Shown here one piece after another: positions 34,858 to 46,699 of a stretch of 64,000 nt of DNA. The stretch is taken from the NCBI RefSeq assembly GCF_030028105.1, contig NC_092382.1, positions 100,456,699 to 100,520,698 on the forward strand. Reading direction: 5' to 3'. Position 1 is the stretch's first letter. Each line of letters begins with the position of its first letter. Below the pieces are notes generated by a model that was not told where the DNA came from, did no database searches, and worked only from the letters and a program-made list of their open reading frames with translations. Source of the DNA: Mobula birostris (lineage: Eukaryota). The translations under genes were made by a program, and so were the position numbers.

Positions 34858-36042
34858 GTAAGGCAACACCCGCTCGGCTCGAAGATAGTTTGGCGGGTCG
34901 TCGGGGACAGGGGGTTGTTGGAGGGTGGGGGGTTGAATCGGGGTTACAAGCTGGGCAAATCTTTCACCGGGGCTCTGCCGGTGTGAGAGCGACTGAGCTG
35001 CAAATAGTGGCTCCCCCCTAGACCCGATAAGGTGCCCCCGGCCCTAAACGGTGACTCTGTACACCTCCGATAGAAGCTGGGTCCCTTTAGCATGTTGTGT
35101 GTGTGCGTCTGTGAGTGTTATTGTCTGGCATCTCGTCCTTAGAAGCAACTCGGATTGGACTTCTCCGGAGCGGCGGAGGCCAGTGGAGTGGGGAGTCGGG
35201 TCAGGTTTGCAGGAGGCGCAACAGGGCAGACAGCAGGGATCTTATTCCCAAAGCGTCAAGGTGTCTCATACCGAAGGGAAAGGGGCAAATTTAAAATCAG
35301 ATGTCGGGGAGACCAGTTCTTGTTCTTTTTCCCCCACATGGGGAGCGGTGGGTGTCCCGGGAGGCTGGAGGGTTTGTGGTGTTTGGGACAGATGCGACGG
35401 AGCTGTGAAAACTTTCGTCGGCACGGGGAACGGGGGGAAGTCGCGCTGGGGTTTTTTTTTTTTGTAAAACTCGGGCCAGGCCGCACTTTGAGGATCGCGT
35501 GTGTGGTCCTGGTCGCCCCCGTGACAGGAGGCGTTTTGGAGGAGGGGAGGGGCGGCGGCGGCGGCGGCTTCGAAGAGGGCGCGGTGGAGGTTCGCCAGGA
35601 CGCCGAATGGATTAGAGTGGGGTCAGGCAAAATTATGCAAAGGCGTCGGGCAAACGGAGTTTGTTTTCTCTGGGGCGGTGCAGGCTGAGGAGAGACCTGG
35701 TAGAGGCTTATGCGATTATGAGAGGCATAGCTAGAGTAAGCAGCCCGTACTTTTCTCCCGCGGCGGAGGGGGAAGGTGTCTTATATCAGAGGGGCGTACA
35801 TTTAAGGCGAGAAGGGGTAATTCAACCAGAGAGGTGAGAGGCAAGTTTTTTTTTAACACAGAGGGCGGTGGATGCCTGCAATGTGGTACCAGGGGTGGTG
35901 TTGGAGTCGGAGACGGTAGAGGACGTGCAGGGAATGTAGGGACGTTATATTACAGCTATTTTTTTTAAAACTGTGGACAGGCTGCGTCCGGAGTGCTGAA
36001 GACGGTCCCGGTCGCCCAGTTGCAGTAATGGAGTGTTACACA

Positions 36043-37180
36043 GAAACATAGAAAACCTACAGCACAATACAGGCCCTTCGGCCCACAAAGTTCTGCTGAA
36101 CATGTCCCTAACTTAGAAATTACTCGGTTTACCCACAGCCCTCTATTTTGCTAAGCTCCGTGCACCTATCGAAAAGTCTCTTAAAAGACCCTATCGTATC
36201 CGATCTTCTCCACCGTTGCCGGCAGCCCATTCCACGCACTCAGCACTCTCTGAGTAAAAGATTTAGCCCTGACATCTCCTCTGTACCTACTCCCCAGCAC
36301 TCTAAACCTGTGTCCTCTTGTGGCAACCATTTCAGCCCTGGGAAAAAGCCTCTGACTATCCACACGATCAATGCCTCTCATCATCTTATACACCTCTATC
36401 AGGTCACCTCTCATCCTCCGTCGCTCCAAGGAGAAAAGGCCGAGTTCACTCAACCTATTCTCATAGGGCATGCTCCCCAATCCAGGCAACATCCTTGTAA
36501 ATCTCCCCTGCACCCTTTCTATGGTTTCCACGTCCTTCCTGTAGTGAGGCGACCAGAATTGAGCACAGTACTCCAAGTGGGGCCTGACCAGGGTCCTATA
36601 TAGCTGTAACATTACCTCTCGGCTCCTAAACTCAATCCCACGGTTGATGAAGGCCAATATACCGTACGCCTTCTTAACCACAGAGTCAATCTGCGTAGCA
36701 GCTTTGAGCGTCCTATGGACTCGGACCCCAAGATCCCTCTGATCCTCCACACCGCCAAGCGTCTTACCATTAATACTATATTCTGCCAACATATTTGACC
36801 AAAATGAACCCGCTCACACTTATCTGGGTTGAACTCCAGCTGCCACTTCTCAGCCCCGTTTTGCATCCTAGCAATATCGAGCCAAACCTCTGACAGCCCT
36901 CCACACGATCCACAACACCCCCAACCTTTCTGCCATCAGGAAACTTACTAACCCATCCCTCCACTTCTTCATCCAGGTCATTTTTATAAAAATCACGAAG
37001 GGTAGGGGTCCCAGAACAGATTCCTGAGGCACACCACTGGTCACCGGCCTCCATGCAGAATATGACCCATCTACAACCACTCCAGAACTAGCTGTGGGCA
37101 AGCTAGTTCTGGATCCACAAAGCAATGTCCCCTTGGATCCCATGCCTCCTTAATTTCTCAATAAGCCTTGCATGGTGCAC
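36043..37180 (-). mobile_element. 5'-truncated CR1 LINE
   Basis: ORFs 36181-36792, 36612-36866 and 36868-37143. Confidence 0.9.
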
Positions 37181-37540
37181 CTTGTCAAATGCCTTGCTTG
37201 TGTTATGCTGAGAAGCTTTGGACAGGGGTGCCAGCTAATAAGGAAAGGTCCGGCAAAGTCGGGCTCTCCACCTCGGACATAGAATTACAAACGGACCACT
37301 CGGCCCGACGACTCTGCCCCGCTGTTTTACTATCCCTCTCAACACCATCCACCTGTTTTCCCCCCGTAACTTTGCGCGCCCTGCCTAATCAAGATCCTGT
37401 CAACCTCCGCTTTAAATACACCCAATGTCTTGGCCTCCACGGCCGCCTGTGGCAACGAATTCCACAGATTGTCCCACCCTCCAGCTAAAGAACTTCCTCC
37501 TCTTTTCCATTCTAAATGGGCGACCCTCTATTCTGAGGCT

Positions 37541-37860
37541 GCGCCCTCTGATTCTAGACTCCCCAACCATAGGAAGCATCCCCTCCACATCCACTCTATC
37601 TGTGCCCTATGGTCCTAGACTCCCCCACTATAGGAAACATCCTCTCCACATCCATTCTATCTGTGCCCTCTGATCCTAGACTCCACTCACTGTAGGGAAC
37701 ATCCTCTCTACATCTCCTCTGTGTCCTGAGGTCCTAGATTCTCCCCAGTACAGGGAACATCCTCTCCACATCCACTCTATCTGTGCCCTATGGTCCTAGA
37801 CTCCCCCACTACAGGAAGCATCCCCTCCACATCCACTCTATCTGTGTCCTCTAGTCCTGG
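37541..37860 (-). repeat. 61-bp CR1-derived minisatellite, array 4 (~5 units, reverse orientation)
   Basis: Reverse complement of the same unit, adjoining a minus-strand CR1 3' end (37280-37540). Confidence 0.9.
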
Positions 37861-38174
37861 GTTCTATTGAAAATGTCTGTCATTCTTTTTTTTTTCTTTT
37901 TTAAAATTAAGTGGGCGCAGATAGTTCGGACAATCTGAGTCGATTCCCCCGGCTGTAGACCTCAAATACCAGAAGGCAGGTGTTTACGTTTGGAGCAGGG
38001 GGAAAGGCTCAGAAAACCTTACAAGGCCATAAAACGTGGGTGGTTTGAAAGACGGAGTGAGAGGAAAGATTTTTTTTTGTTTCCGCAGAGACTGTTTGCA
38101 GTGGCTTAACAGAAGCGCTCGTGGAAGCAAGCAGTTAGGTGGAGGTTTAAAAGACCATTGGACTTTTAGATCGA

Positions 38175-38685
38175 CATACCATAAGTCCATAAAATATAGG
38201 AGCAGATGTGGGCCATTCGGCCCATCGAGTCTGCTCCGCCACTCAGTCGTGGGCTGATCCAATTCTTCCAGTAATTCCCCACTCCCCTGCTTTCACCCCG
38301 TACCCTCTGATGCCCTGGCTAATCAAGAACCTATCTATCTCTGCCCTAAATACACCCAATGACTTCACCTCCACAGCCGCTCGTGGCAACAAATTGCACA
38401 GATTTATCACCCTCTGACTAAAGTAATTTCTCCGCATCTCAGTTCTAAATGGGGATGTCCTTCAATCCTGAAGTCGCACCCTCTTGTCCTAGACTCCCCT
38501 ACCACGGGAAATAACTTTGCCATATCTAATCTGTTCAGGCCTTTTAACATTCGGAATGATTCTATGAGATCCCCCTTCATTCTCCTGAACTCCAGGGAAT
38601 ACAGTCCAAGAGCTGCCAGACGTTCCTCATACCGTAACCCTTTCATTCCTGGAATCATTCTCGTGAATCTTCTCTGAACCCTGTC
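38175..38685 (-). mobile_element. CR1 3' fragment
   Basis: MIPGMKGLRYEERL...; tail at ~38180. Confidence 0.9.
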
Positions 38686-39064
38686 CTTACATTTTGTCCA
38701 ACCTCTGCTTGCAGCTTATGCCCTCCGTTCTAGGCAAAATCTTGAAGCCCGACACCCCCAGCACTCATTTCGTGACGGGGCAACTAAACCTGCACAGAAA
38801 ACTCCGCTTATGGCCTGAGAAGTCAAATGAATGGGGGCCAATACGCGGAGGATGACATGTCAGGATAGGCAGAGCATTGCGGGCCGATTGGCCTCCCCAG
38901 CGCCGTGCCGTTCCATGTCCTATGCGCGCTAAGCGCCGGGTCACGTGGCCCGCCAACTGGCCCTTCGGCCCGACGCATGAGTTGACCCCGGCATTTTGAG
39001 GGCGTTTGTCTGGACTTCCAGCATCGGCGGATTTTCTCTTCAAGGGCTCCCAGTCTCCCAAGAC

Positions 39065-39425
39065 GGAATTGGACAGGCTAGAGGCAGGAAACATGCTCCC
39101 GATGTTGGGGGAGTCCAGAACCAGGGGCCACAGTTTGAGAATAAGGGGTAGGCCATTTTGAACGGAGCTGAGGAAAAACTTTTTCACCCAGAGAGCTGTG
39201 GTTCTGTGGAATGCTCTGCCTCAGAAGGCAGTGGGGGCCAAGTCTCTGGATGCTTTCAAGAAAGAGATGGATAGAGCTCTTAAAGATAGCGGAATCAAAG
39301 CTTATGGGGATAAGGCAGGAACTGGATACTGATTGTGGATGATCAGCCATGATCACAGTGAATGGCGGTGCTGGCTCGAAGGGCTGAATGGTCGTCTCCT
39401 GCACCTATTGTCTGTTGTCTATTGA
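39065..39425 (+). mobile_element. CR1 (HER1-type) 3' fragment
   Basis: Shares the GGCTCGAAGGG...CCTGCACCTATTGTC 3' end with the copies at 42965, 45585 and 56090. Confidence 0.85.
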
Positions 39426-39536
39426 CCGATGTCATTAAGCAATAATGGGTCCTTGGAATCCCAGGTTGGGCGCCCCCGATCTAAACCTTCCCTGCCCATG
39501 TAGCTGCCCGGGTGACATAACTGCACCCATCTGTAT

Positions 39537-41400
39537 ATAGAAACATAGAAACATAGAAAATAGGTGCAGGAGTAGGCCATTCGGCCCTTCGAGCCTGCAC
39601 CGCCATTTATTATGATCGTGGCTGATCATCCAACTCAGAACACCGCCCCAGCCTTCCCACCATACCCCCTGACCCCCGTAGCCACAAGGGCCATATCTAA
39701 CTCCCTCTTAAATATAGCCAATGAACTGGCCTCAACTGTTTCCTGTGGCAGAGAATTCCACAGATTCACCACTCTCTGTGTGAAGAAGTTTTTCCTAATC
39801 TCGGTCCTAAAAGGCTTCCCCTCTATCCTCAAACTGTGACCCCTCGTTCTGAACATCCCCAACATCGGGAACAATATTCCTGCATCTAGCCTGTCCAATC
39901 CCTTTAGGATCTTATACGTTTCAATGAGATCCCCCCTCAATCTTCTAAATTCCAACGAGTACAAGCCCAGTTCGTCCAGTCTTTCTTCATATGAAAGTCC
40001 TGCCATCCCAGGAATCAATCTGGTGAACCTTCTCTGTACTCCCTCTATGGCAAGGATGTCTTTCCTCAGATTAGGGGACCAAAACTGCACACAATACTCC
40101 AGGGGCGGTCTCACCAAGGCCTTGTACAACTGCAGTAGTACCTCCCTGCTCCTGTACTCAAATCCTCTCGCTATAAATGCCAGCATACCATTCGCCTTTT
40201 TCACCGCCTGCTGTACCTGCAAGCCCACTTTCAATGACTGGTGTATAATGACACCCAGGTCACGTTGCACCTCCCCTTTTCCTAATCGGCCACCATTCAG
40301 ATAATAATCTGTTTTCCTATTTTTGCCACCAAAGTGGATAACTTCACATTTATCCACATTAAATTGCATCTGCCATGAACTTACCCACTCACCCAACCTA
40401 TCCAAGTCACCCTGCATCCTCTTAGCATCCTCCTCACAGCTAACACTGCCACCCAGCTTCGTGTCATCCGCAAACTTGGAGATGCTGCATTTAATTCCCT
40501 CATCCAAGTCATTAATATATATTGTAAACAACTGGGGTCCCATCACTGAGCCTTGCGGTACCCCACTAGTCACTGCCTGACATTCTGAAAAGGTCCCGTT
40601 TATTCCCACTCTTTGCTTCCTGTCTGCTAACCAACTCTCCACCCACACCAATACCTTACCCCCAATACCGTGTGCTTTAAGTTTGCACACTAATCTCCTG
40701 TGTGGGACCTTGTCAAAAGCCTTCTGAAAATCCAAATATACCACATCCACTGGTTCTCCCCTATCCACTCTACTAGTTACATCCTCAAAAAATTCTATGA
40801 GATTCGTCAGACATGATTTTCCTTTCACAAATCCATGCTGACTTTGTCCGATCATTTCACCACTTTCCAAATGTGCTGTTATCACATCCTTGATAACTGA
40901 CTCCAGCAGTTTCCCCACCACCGACGTTAGGCTAACCGGTCTATAATTCCCCGGTTTCTCTCTCCCTCCTTTTTTAAAAAGTGGAGTTACATTAGCCACC
41001 CTCCAATCCTCAGGAACTAGTCCAGAATCTAACGAGTTTTGAAAAATTATCACTAATGCATCCACTATTTCTTGGGCTACTTCCTTAAGCACCCTGGGAT
41101 GCAGACCATCTGGTCCTGGGGATTTATCTGCCTTCAATCCCTTCAATTTACCTAACACCACTTCCCTACTAACATGTATTTCGCTCAGTTCCTCCATCTC
41201 ACTGGACCCTCTGTCCCCTACTATTTCTGGAAGATTATTTATGTCCTCCTTAGTGAAGACAGAACCAAAGTAATTATTCAATTGGTCTGCCATGTCCTTG
41301 CTCCCCATAATCAATTCACCTGTTTCTGTCTGCAGGGGACCTACATTTGTCTTTACCAGTCTTTTCCTTTTTACATATCTATAAAAGCTTTTACAGTCCG
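39537..41400 (-). mobile_element. Young 5'-truncated CR1 (HER1-type) LINE with uninterrupted 559-codon ORF2 (39635-41314) containing the whole RT domain
   Basis: KSPGPDG, HGFVKGKSCLTNL, LDFQKAFDKVPH, GVPQGS, FADDTKL with no stops; (CTATGTTT)n tail. Confidence 0.97.
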
Positions 41401-41974
41401 TTTAAATGTTCTCTTCCCCCTCGTCCCATAGCCCCCACACTTTGTGGGGACGGGGGGCGATTGGCTCCCACCCCCATCCGCCAGCACCACCAACACCTCA
41501 AAGCCAAACTTCCCCAGCCTTTGGAGTTCGGTATCCCCGTTGAAGGTGAGACCATGAGGGCCTCATTCCCTGGAGTGCAGGGCAATGAGGGGCGATTTGA
41601 CAGAGCTTGTACAAAACTCTGAGGGGTATAGATGGAGTAAATGTAAACAGGCTTGTTTGTCCCCTGCTGAGGTTGAGTGAGACTGGAGCTGAAGGGATAG
41701 GTTTAGAGCGAAGATGAGGAGGATAAATGTTCTCTTAGACCGAGATGCCGGCCGGACCTGCGGAAGCGGGCTCGATTCCAGCATTGAAGAGAAATTTGGA
41801 CAGGTGCACGGATGGGCCGAGAGGTGGGGGGAAGGCGGCATCGAGGTATTTGGTCCGGGTGCAGGTCGATGGGACGAGGGCGACCTGTGGGTGAAAATTT
41901 TACCCCTCTGTTAAATCTTTCTGCCCTTTCATCTTAAACCTGTGCCCTCTTGTATCTGGATTTGCCCGAAAAAG

Positions 41975-42492
41975 AAAATATAGAACATAGAACATAGAAT
42001 AGTACAGCACAGTACAGGCCCTTCGGCCCACAATGTTGTGCCGACCCTCAAACCCTGCCTCCCATATAACCCACCACCTTAAATTCTTCTTCCATATATC
42101 AGTCTCTTAAATTTCACGAGTGTATCTGCCTCCACCACTGACTCAGGCAGTGCATTCCACCCACCAACCACTCTCTGAGTAAAAAACCCTCCTGTAATAT
42201 CCCCCTTGAACTTCCCACCCCTTACCTTAAAGCCATGTCCTCTTGTATTGAGCAGTGGTGCCCTGGAGAAGAGGTGCTGGCTATCCACTCAATCTATTCC
42301 TCTTATTATCTTGTACACCTCTATCATGTCTCCTCTCATCCTCCTTCTCTCCAAAGAGTAAAGCCCTAGCTCCCTTAATCTCTGATCATAATTCAATCTC
42401 TCTAAACCAGGCAGCATCCTGGTAAATCTCCTCTGTACCCTTTCCAATGCTCCCACATCCCTCCTACAGTGAGGCGACCAGAACTGGACACA
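41975..42492 (-). mobile_element. CR1 3' fragment
   Basis: ORFs 42079-42288 and 42289-42531; tail at ~41980. Confidence 0.9.
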
Positions 42493-42734
42493 GAAATGTA
42501 TACGCTTCTCAGTGTAGTTCACAGATTTCATTGCAATCTACTGTCTAACATGGGCCTCGGAGACAGAGGTCACCGGGTCACCGGGTGCAGCGGGGAAATT
42601 GTAAATGAATTCAATTAAATTGGCTTCATTCCTGCGGAGAGTGGTGCGGACAGCCCAGCGTATCTGTCGTTATGAACTTCCCACTATTACAAAGGCTGCC
42701 TGTCTGTCTAGGTACCATATCCGCTGCGGAGTTT

Positions 42735-43378
42735 GGTGACCGTGGTTTTCCATGTAGATCTCTCCCTCGTTGTTGGGATGGATTCCATTTCCTCGATGTG
42801 TAGCCACCTGACTCTGCTTCCCCTCGATCTTTCCAGAGAGTATGAGTTATTCTAGTTCGTCTTTCCTCATGATGGGTGCTAGGGATCTGAGTTGTCTTTC
42901 TCTTATTGTTGGTATGAGTGATCGAACTGCTTGGGCTGTTCTGAGAACTTCTTCATTTGATGGGAGCGACTGGGCTTGTATACTCTGGAATTTAGAAGGC
43001 TGAGAGGGGATCTTATTGAAACATGTAAGATTATTAAGGGATTGGACACGCTGGAGGCAGGAAGCATGTTCCCGCTGATGGGTGAGTCCAGAACCAGGGG
43101 CCACAGTTTAGGCCATTTAGAACGGTGTTGAGGAAAAACTTTTTCACCCAGAGAGTGGTGGATATACGGAATGCTCTGCCCCAGAAGGCTGTGGAGGCTA
43201 AATCTCTGGGGGCTTTCAAGAAAGAGATGGATAGAGCTCTTAAAGATAGCGGAATCAAAGGTGATGGGGATGAGGCAGGAACTGGATACTGATTGTGGAT
43301 GACGAGCCATGATCACAGTGAATGGCGGTGCTGGCTCGAAGGGGCCGAATGGCCTACTCCTGCACCTATTCTCTATTG

Positions 43379-43410
<32 letters not shown>

Positions 43411-43670
43411 TCCATGATATTTTTAACATTCTCCTGTAGAACCATAATTCAGCTGCTTCTAGTCTCTTTTCCATTGCTGGGGAAACGGTCCAGTGTTCGC
43501 TTCCATAAGTCGGGATAGAATAAACGTGGCAGTGCAGTGTTCTGTTTTTAGTGTACCGTGCTCATCTTTCTGTCTGTTAACGTGGTCTTCATTTTTCGGA
43601 AAGCTTCTTTCGCCATTGCTGTTCTGTATTTGATATCTGTGTCGCAGCTGCCATCACTTCTTATTCGGCT
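42735..43670 (-). mobile_element. RTE-clade LINE remnant split by a + strand CR1 insertion (42965-43380) and a (TG)n run
   Basis: EEVLRTAQAVRSLIPTIRERQLRSLAPIMRKDELE; upstream part reads ...SDGSCDTDIKYRTAMAKEAFRKMK; both are RTE-like. Confidence 0.7.
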
Positions 43671-43689
43671 GCCAAGATATTTGAATTAC

Positions 43690-44490
43690 AGAGACAGGTG
43701 TGGAAAAAGGGCCCGAAAGATCATTGAGGACCCGAGTCACCCCAAACACAAACTGTCCCGACTGCTACCGCTCGGGAAACCGTACCCCGGCATAAAAGCC
43801 AGGGCTAACAGGCCCCGGGACAGCTTCTCCCACCAGGCCACCAGATTGATTAACTCACGCTGATTTGAGCGCATTTCTATGTTACATTGACTGTTCTACT
43901 TATTGTAAATTACTACGACTGCACATCGCACATTGAGTTGGAGACGTAACGTAAATATTTTTACCCCTCGTGTGTGTGTGAAGGGTGTAAGAAATAAAGT
44001 CAATGCAATCCAATTCCTTCACGTGCACGAGGAGTAAAAAATCTTTGCGTCACGTCTACGTCTAAATGCGCAATTTATAGTAGTTTATAATAAATAGAAA
44101 TAGAACAGAACAGTCAATAAAACATAGAAATACAGTTGTGTCAGCGTGAATTAATCGGCCTGGTGGGAGAAGCTGTCCCGGAGCCTGTTGGTCCTGGCTT
44201 TTCTGCTGCGGTACCGTTTCCCGGACGGTAGCAGCTGGGACAGTTTGTGGTTGGGGGTGACTCGGGTCCCAAAATGACCGTCCGGGCCCTTTTTACGCAC
44301 CCGTCTCTGTAAATGTCCTGAATCGTGGGAAGTTCACGCCTACGGATGCGCCGGGCTGTCCGCGCCCACTCTCTGCAGGGTCCTGCGATTGAGGGAGGTA
44401 CGGTTCCCGTACCAGGCAGTGACGCAGCCGGTCAGGATGCTCTCAGTTGTGCCCCTGTAGAAAGTCCTTGGGATTTGAAGTCCTCTGTTC
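43690..44490. mobile_element. Two Rex1-type 3' ends arranged tail-to-tail (+ 43690-44015; - 44020-44490)
   Basis: KRARKIIEDPSHPKHKL...DSFSHQATRLIN on +, with its reverse complement immediately following. Confidence 0.85.
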
Positions 44491-44494
44491 CTCA

Positions 44495-45160
44495 AGGTAG
44501 AAAGGGTCGTAAAGAGAGCTTTTGTTACATTGGCCTTTATTAATCAAAGTATTGAGTATAAGAGCTGGAATGTTATGATGAGGTTGTATAAGGCATTGGT
44601 GAGGCCGAATCTGGAGTATTGTGTTCAGTTTTGGTCACCAAATTACAGGAAGGATATAAACAAGGTTGAAAGAGTGCAGAGAAGGTTTACAAGGACGTTG
44701 CCGGGACTTGAGAAACTCAGTTACAGAGAAAGGTTGAATAGGTTAGGACTTTATTCCCTGGAGCGTAGAAGAATGAGGGGAGATTTGATAGAGGTATATA
44801 AAATTATGATGGGTGTAGATAGAGTGAATGCAAGCAGGCTTTTTCCACTGAGGCAAGGGGAGAAAAAAACCAGAGGACATAGGTTAAGGGTGAGGGGGGG
44901 GAAAGTTTAAAGGGAGCATGGGGGGGGGGGCTTCTTCACACAGAGAGTGGTGGGAGTATGGAATGAGCTGCCAGACGAGGTGGTAACTGCGGGTTCTTTT
45001 TTTATCATTTAAGAATAAATTGGACAGATACATGGACGGGAGGTGTATGGAGGGATATGGTCCGAGTGCAGGTCAGTGGGACTAGGCAGAAAATGGTTCG
45101 GCACAGCCAAGAAGGGCCAAAGGGCCTGTTTCTATGCTGTAGTTTTTCTATGGTTTCCAT
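44495..45160 (+). mobile_element. 5'-truncated CR1 LINE
   Basis: ORF 44530-44910; nearly identical to the copy at 47590-48200. Confidence 0.9.
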
Positions 45161-45584
45161 TACCTAGACAGTCTCGGGGAATCTGACAAGATCTCAGCAA
45201 TGCCGTGAACTATTGGTAGCTATTGTTAGGAATCCTTGACTCGTCTAGCTTGACAGCTAAATGTAAGCTTTCTCTTAACTTTTCTTCCGCGATTAGACAG
45301 CGTAGCTTACCGCAAGAACGGTAAGCTGTAGGGGCAGAATGCGGCCATTCGGCCCGTCGAGTCCGATCCGCCATTTCATCATGGCGGATCCATTTTCTTT
45401 TCCTCTCCGCCCCCCACCCCAATCTCCAGCCCACTCCCCGCATCCCTTCATGCCCTGACCCAACCGGCGGACCTTTGCGTTAAGTGTACCCTGTGACTTG
45501 GACTCGGCAGCCGCCTGTGACAGAGAATTCCTCCGCTCGCCGGTCTCCAGCTAAGGAGACTCCTCATGATTTGCGGTCTGCAAG

Positions 45585-46170
45585 TTGCATTTGTACAGGG
45601 CCCTGGTGAGACCACACCTGGAGTACTGTGTGCAGCTTTGGTCTCCAAATTTGAGGAAGGACGTTCTTGCTATTGAGGGAGTGCAGCGCAGGTTCACGAG
45701 GTTAATTCCCGGGATGGCGGGACTGTCATCTGTTGAAAGATTGGAGCGACTGGGTTTGCATACACTGAAATCTAAAAAGATGAGAGGGGATCTGAATGAA
45801 ACATATAAGATTATTAAGGGACCGGACACGCTAGAGGCAGGAAGCGTGATCCCGCTGATGGGTGAGTCCAGATCCAGAGGCCACAGTTTGAGAACAAGGT
45901 GTAGGCCATTTAGAACGAAGCTGAGGAAAAAACTTTCTCACCCAGAGAGTTGTGGATCTGTGGAACGCTCTGCCTCAGAGGGCAGTGGAGGCCAATTCTG
46001 TGGATGCTTTCAAGAAAGAGTTAGATAGAGCTCTTAATGATAGCGGAGTGAAGGGATATGGAGAGAGGGCAGGAACGGGGTACTGATTGTGGATATGATC
46101 AGCCACGATCACGGTGAATGCCATTGCTGGCCGAATGGTCTGCTCCTGTACCTATTGTCTATTGTCTAAT
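45585..46170 (+). mobile_element. CR1 (HER1-type) 3' fragment
   Basis: ORF 45585-46028. Confidence 0.9.
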
Positions 46171-46699
46171 GGGATTGTCTAAATTTTTCAGGCTCTATCC
46201 TCTGGCAGAATCAGGCAGGGCAGCAATTACAGTGCTGAAGGTGTTGTATCTAAATGCGCCTAGTATATGCAATAAGGTGGGTGATCTTGCTGCACTATTA
46301 CAGATTGTCAGGTATGATGTTGTGACCGTCACTGAATTGTGGCTGAAAGATGGTTGTAGTTGGGAGCTGAATGTCCAAGGTTACTCGTTATATCGGAGGG
46401 ATAGGAAAGTAGGCAGAGGGGGTGGTGCGGCTCTACTGGGAAAGAACGGCGTCAAATCACTGGAAAAGGTGTGACATAGGATTGGAAGGTGCTGAATCCT
46501 TGGGGGTTGAGTCTAGAAACGCCAAGGGTAAAAGGACGTCGATGGCAGTCATATACAGGCCTCCCAACAGCGGCTGGGAGGTTGACCACAGATTGCAACA
46601 GGAAATTTTTAAAAAGGCGAGTCGAAAGGACAATATTATGGCAGTCACGGGAGATTTTAACACGTGGGTCAATTGGGAAAATTAGGTTGGTAATAGATC

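Noticed and set aside
41520-41552. TTCGGTATCCCCGTTGAAG|GTGAG looking like a shortened J with donor
   Set aside because: No RSS upstream, no GXGT motif, and it runs directly into decayed CR1 sequence.
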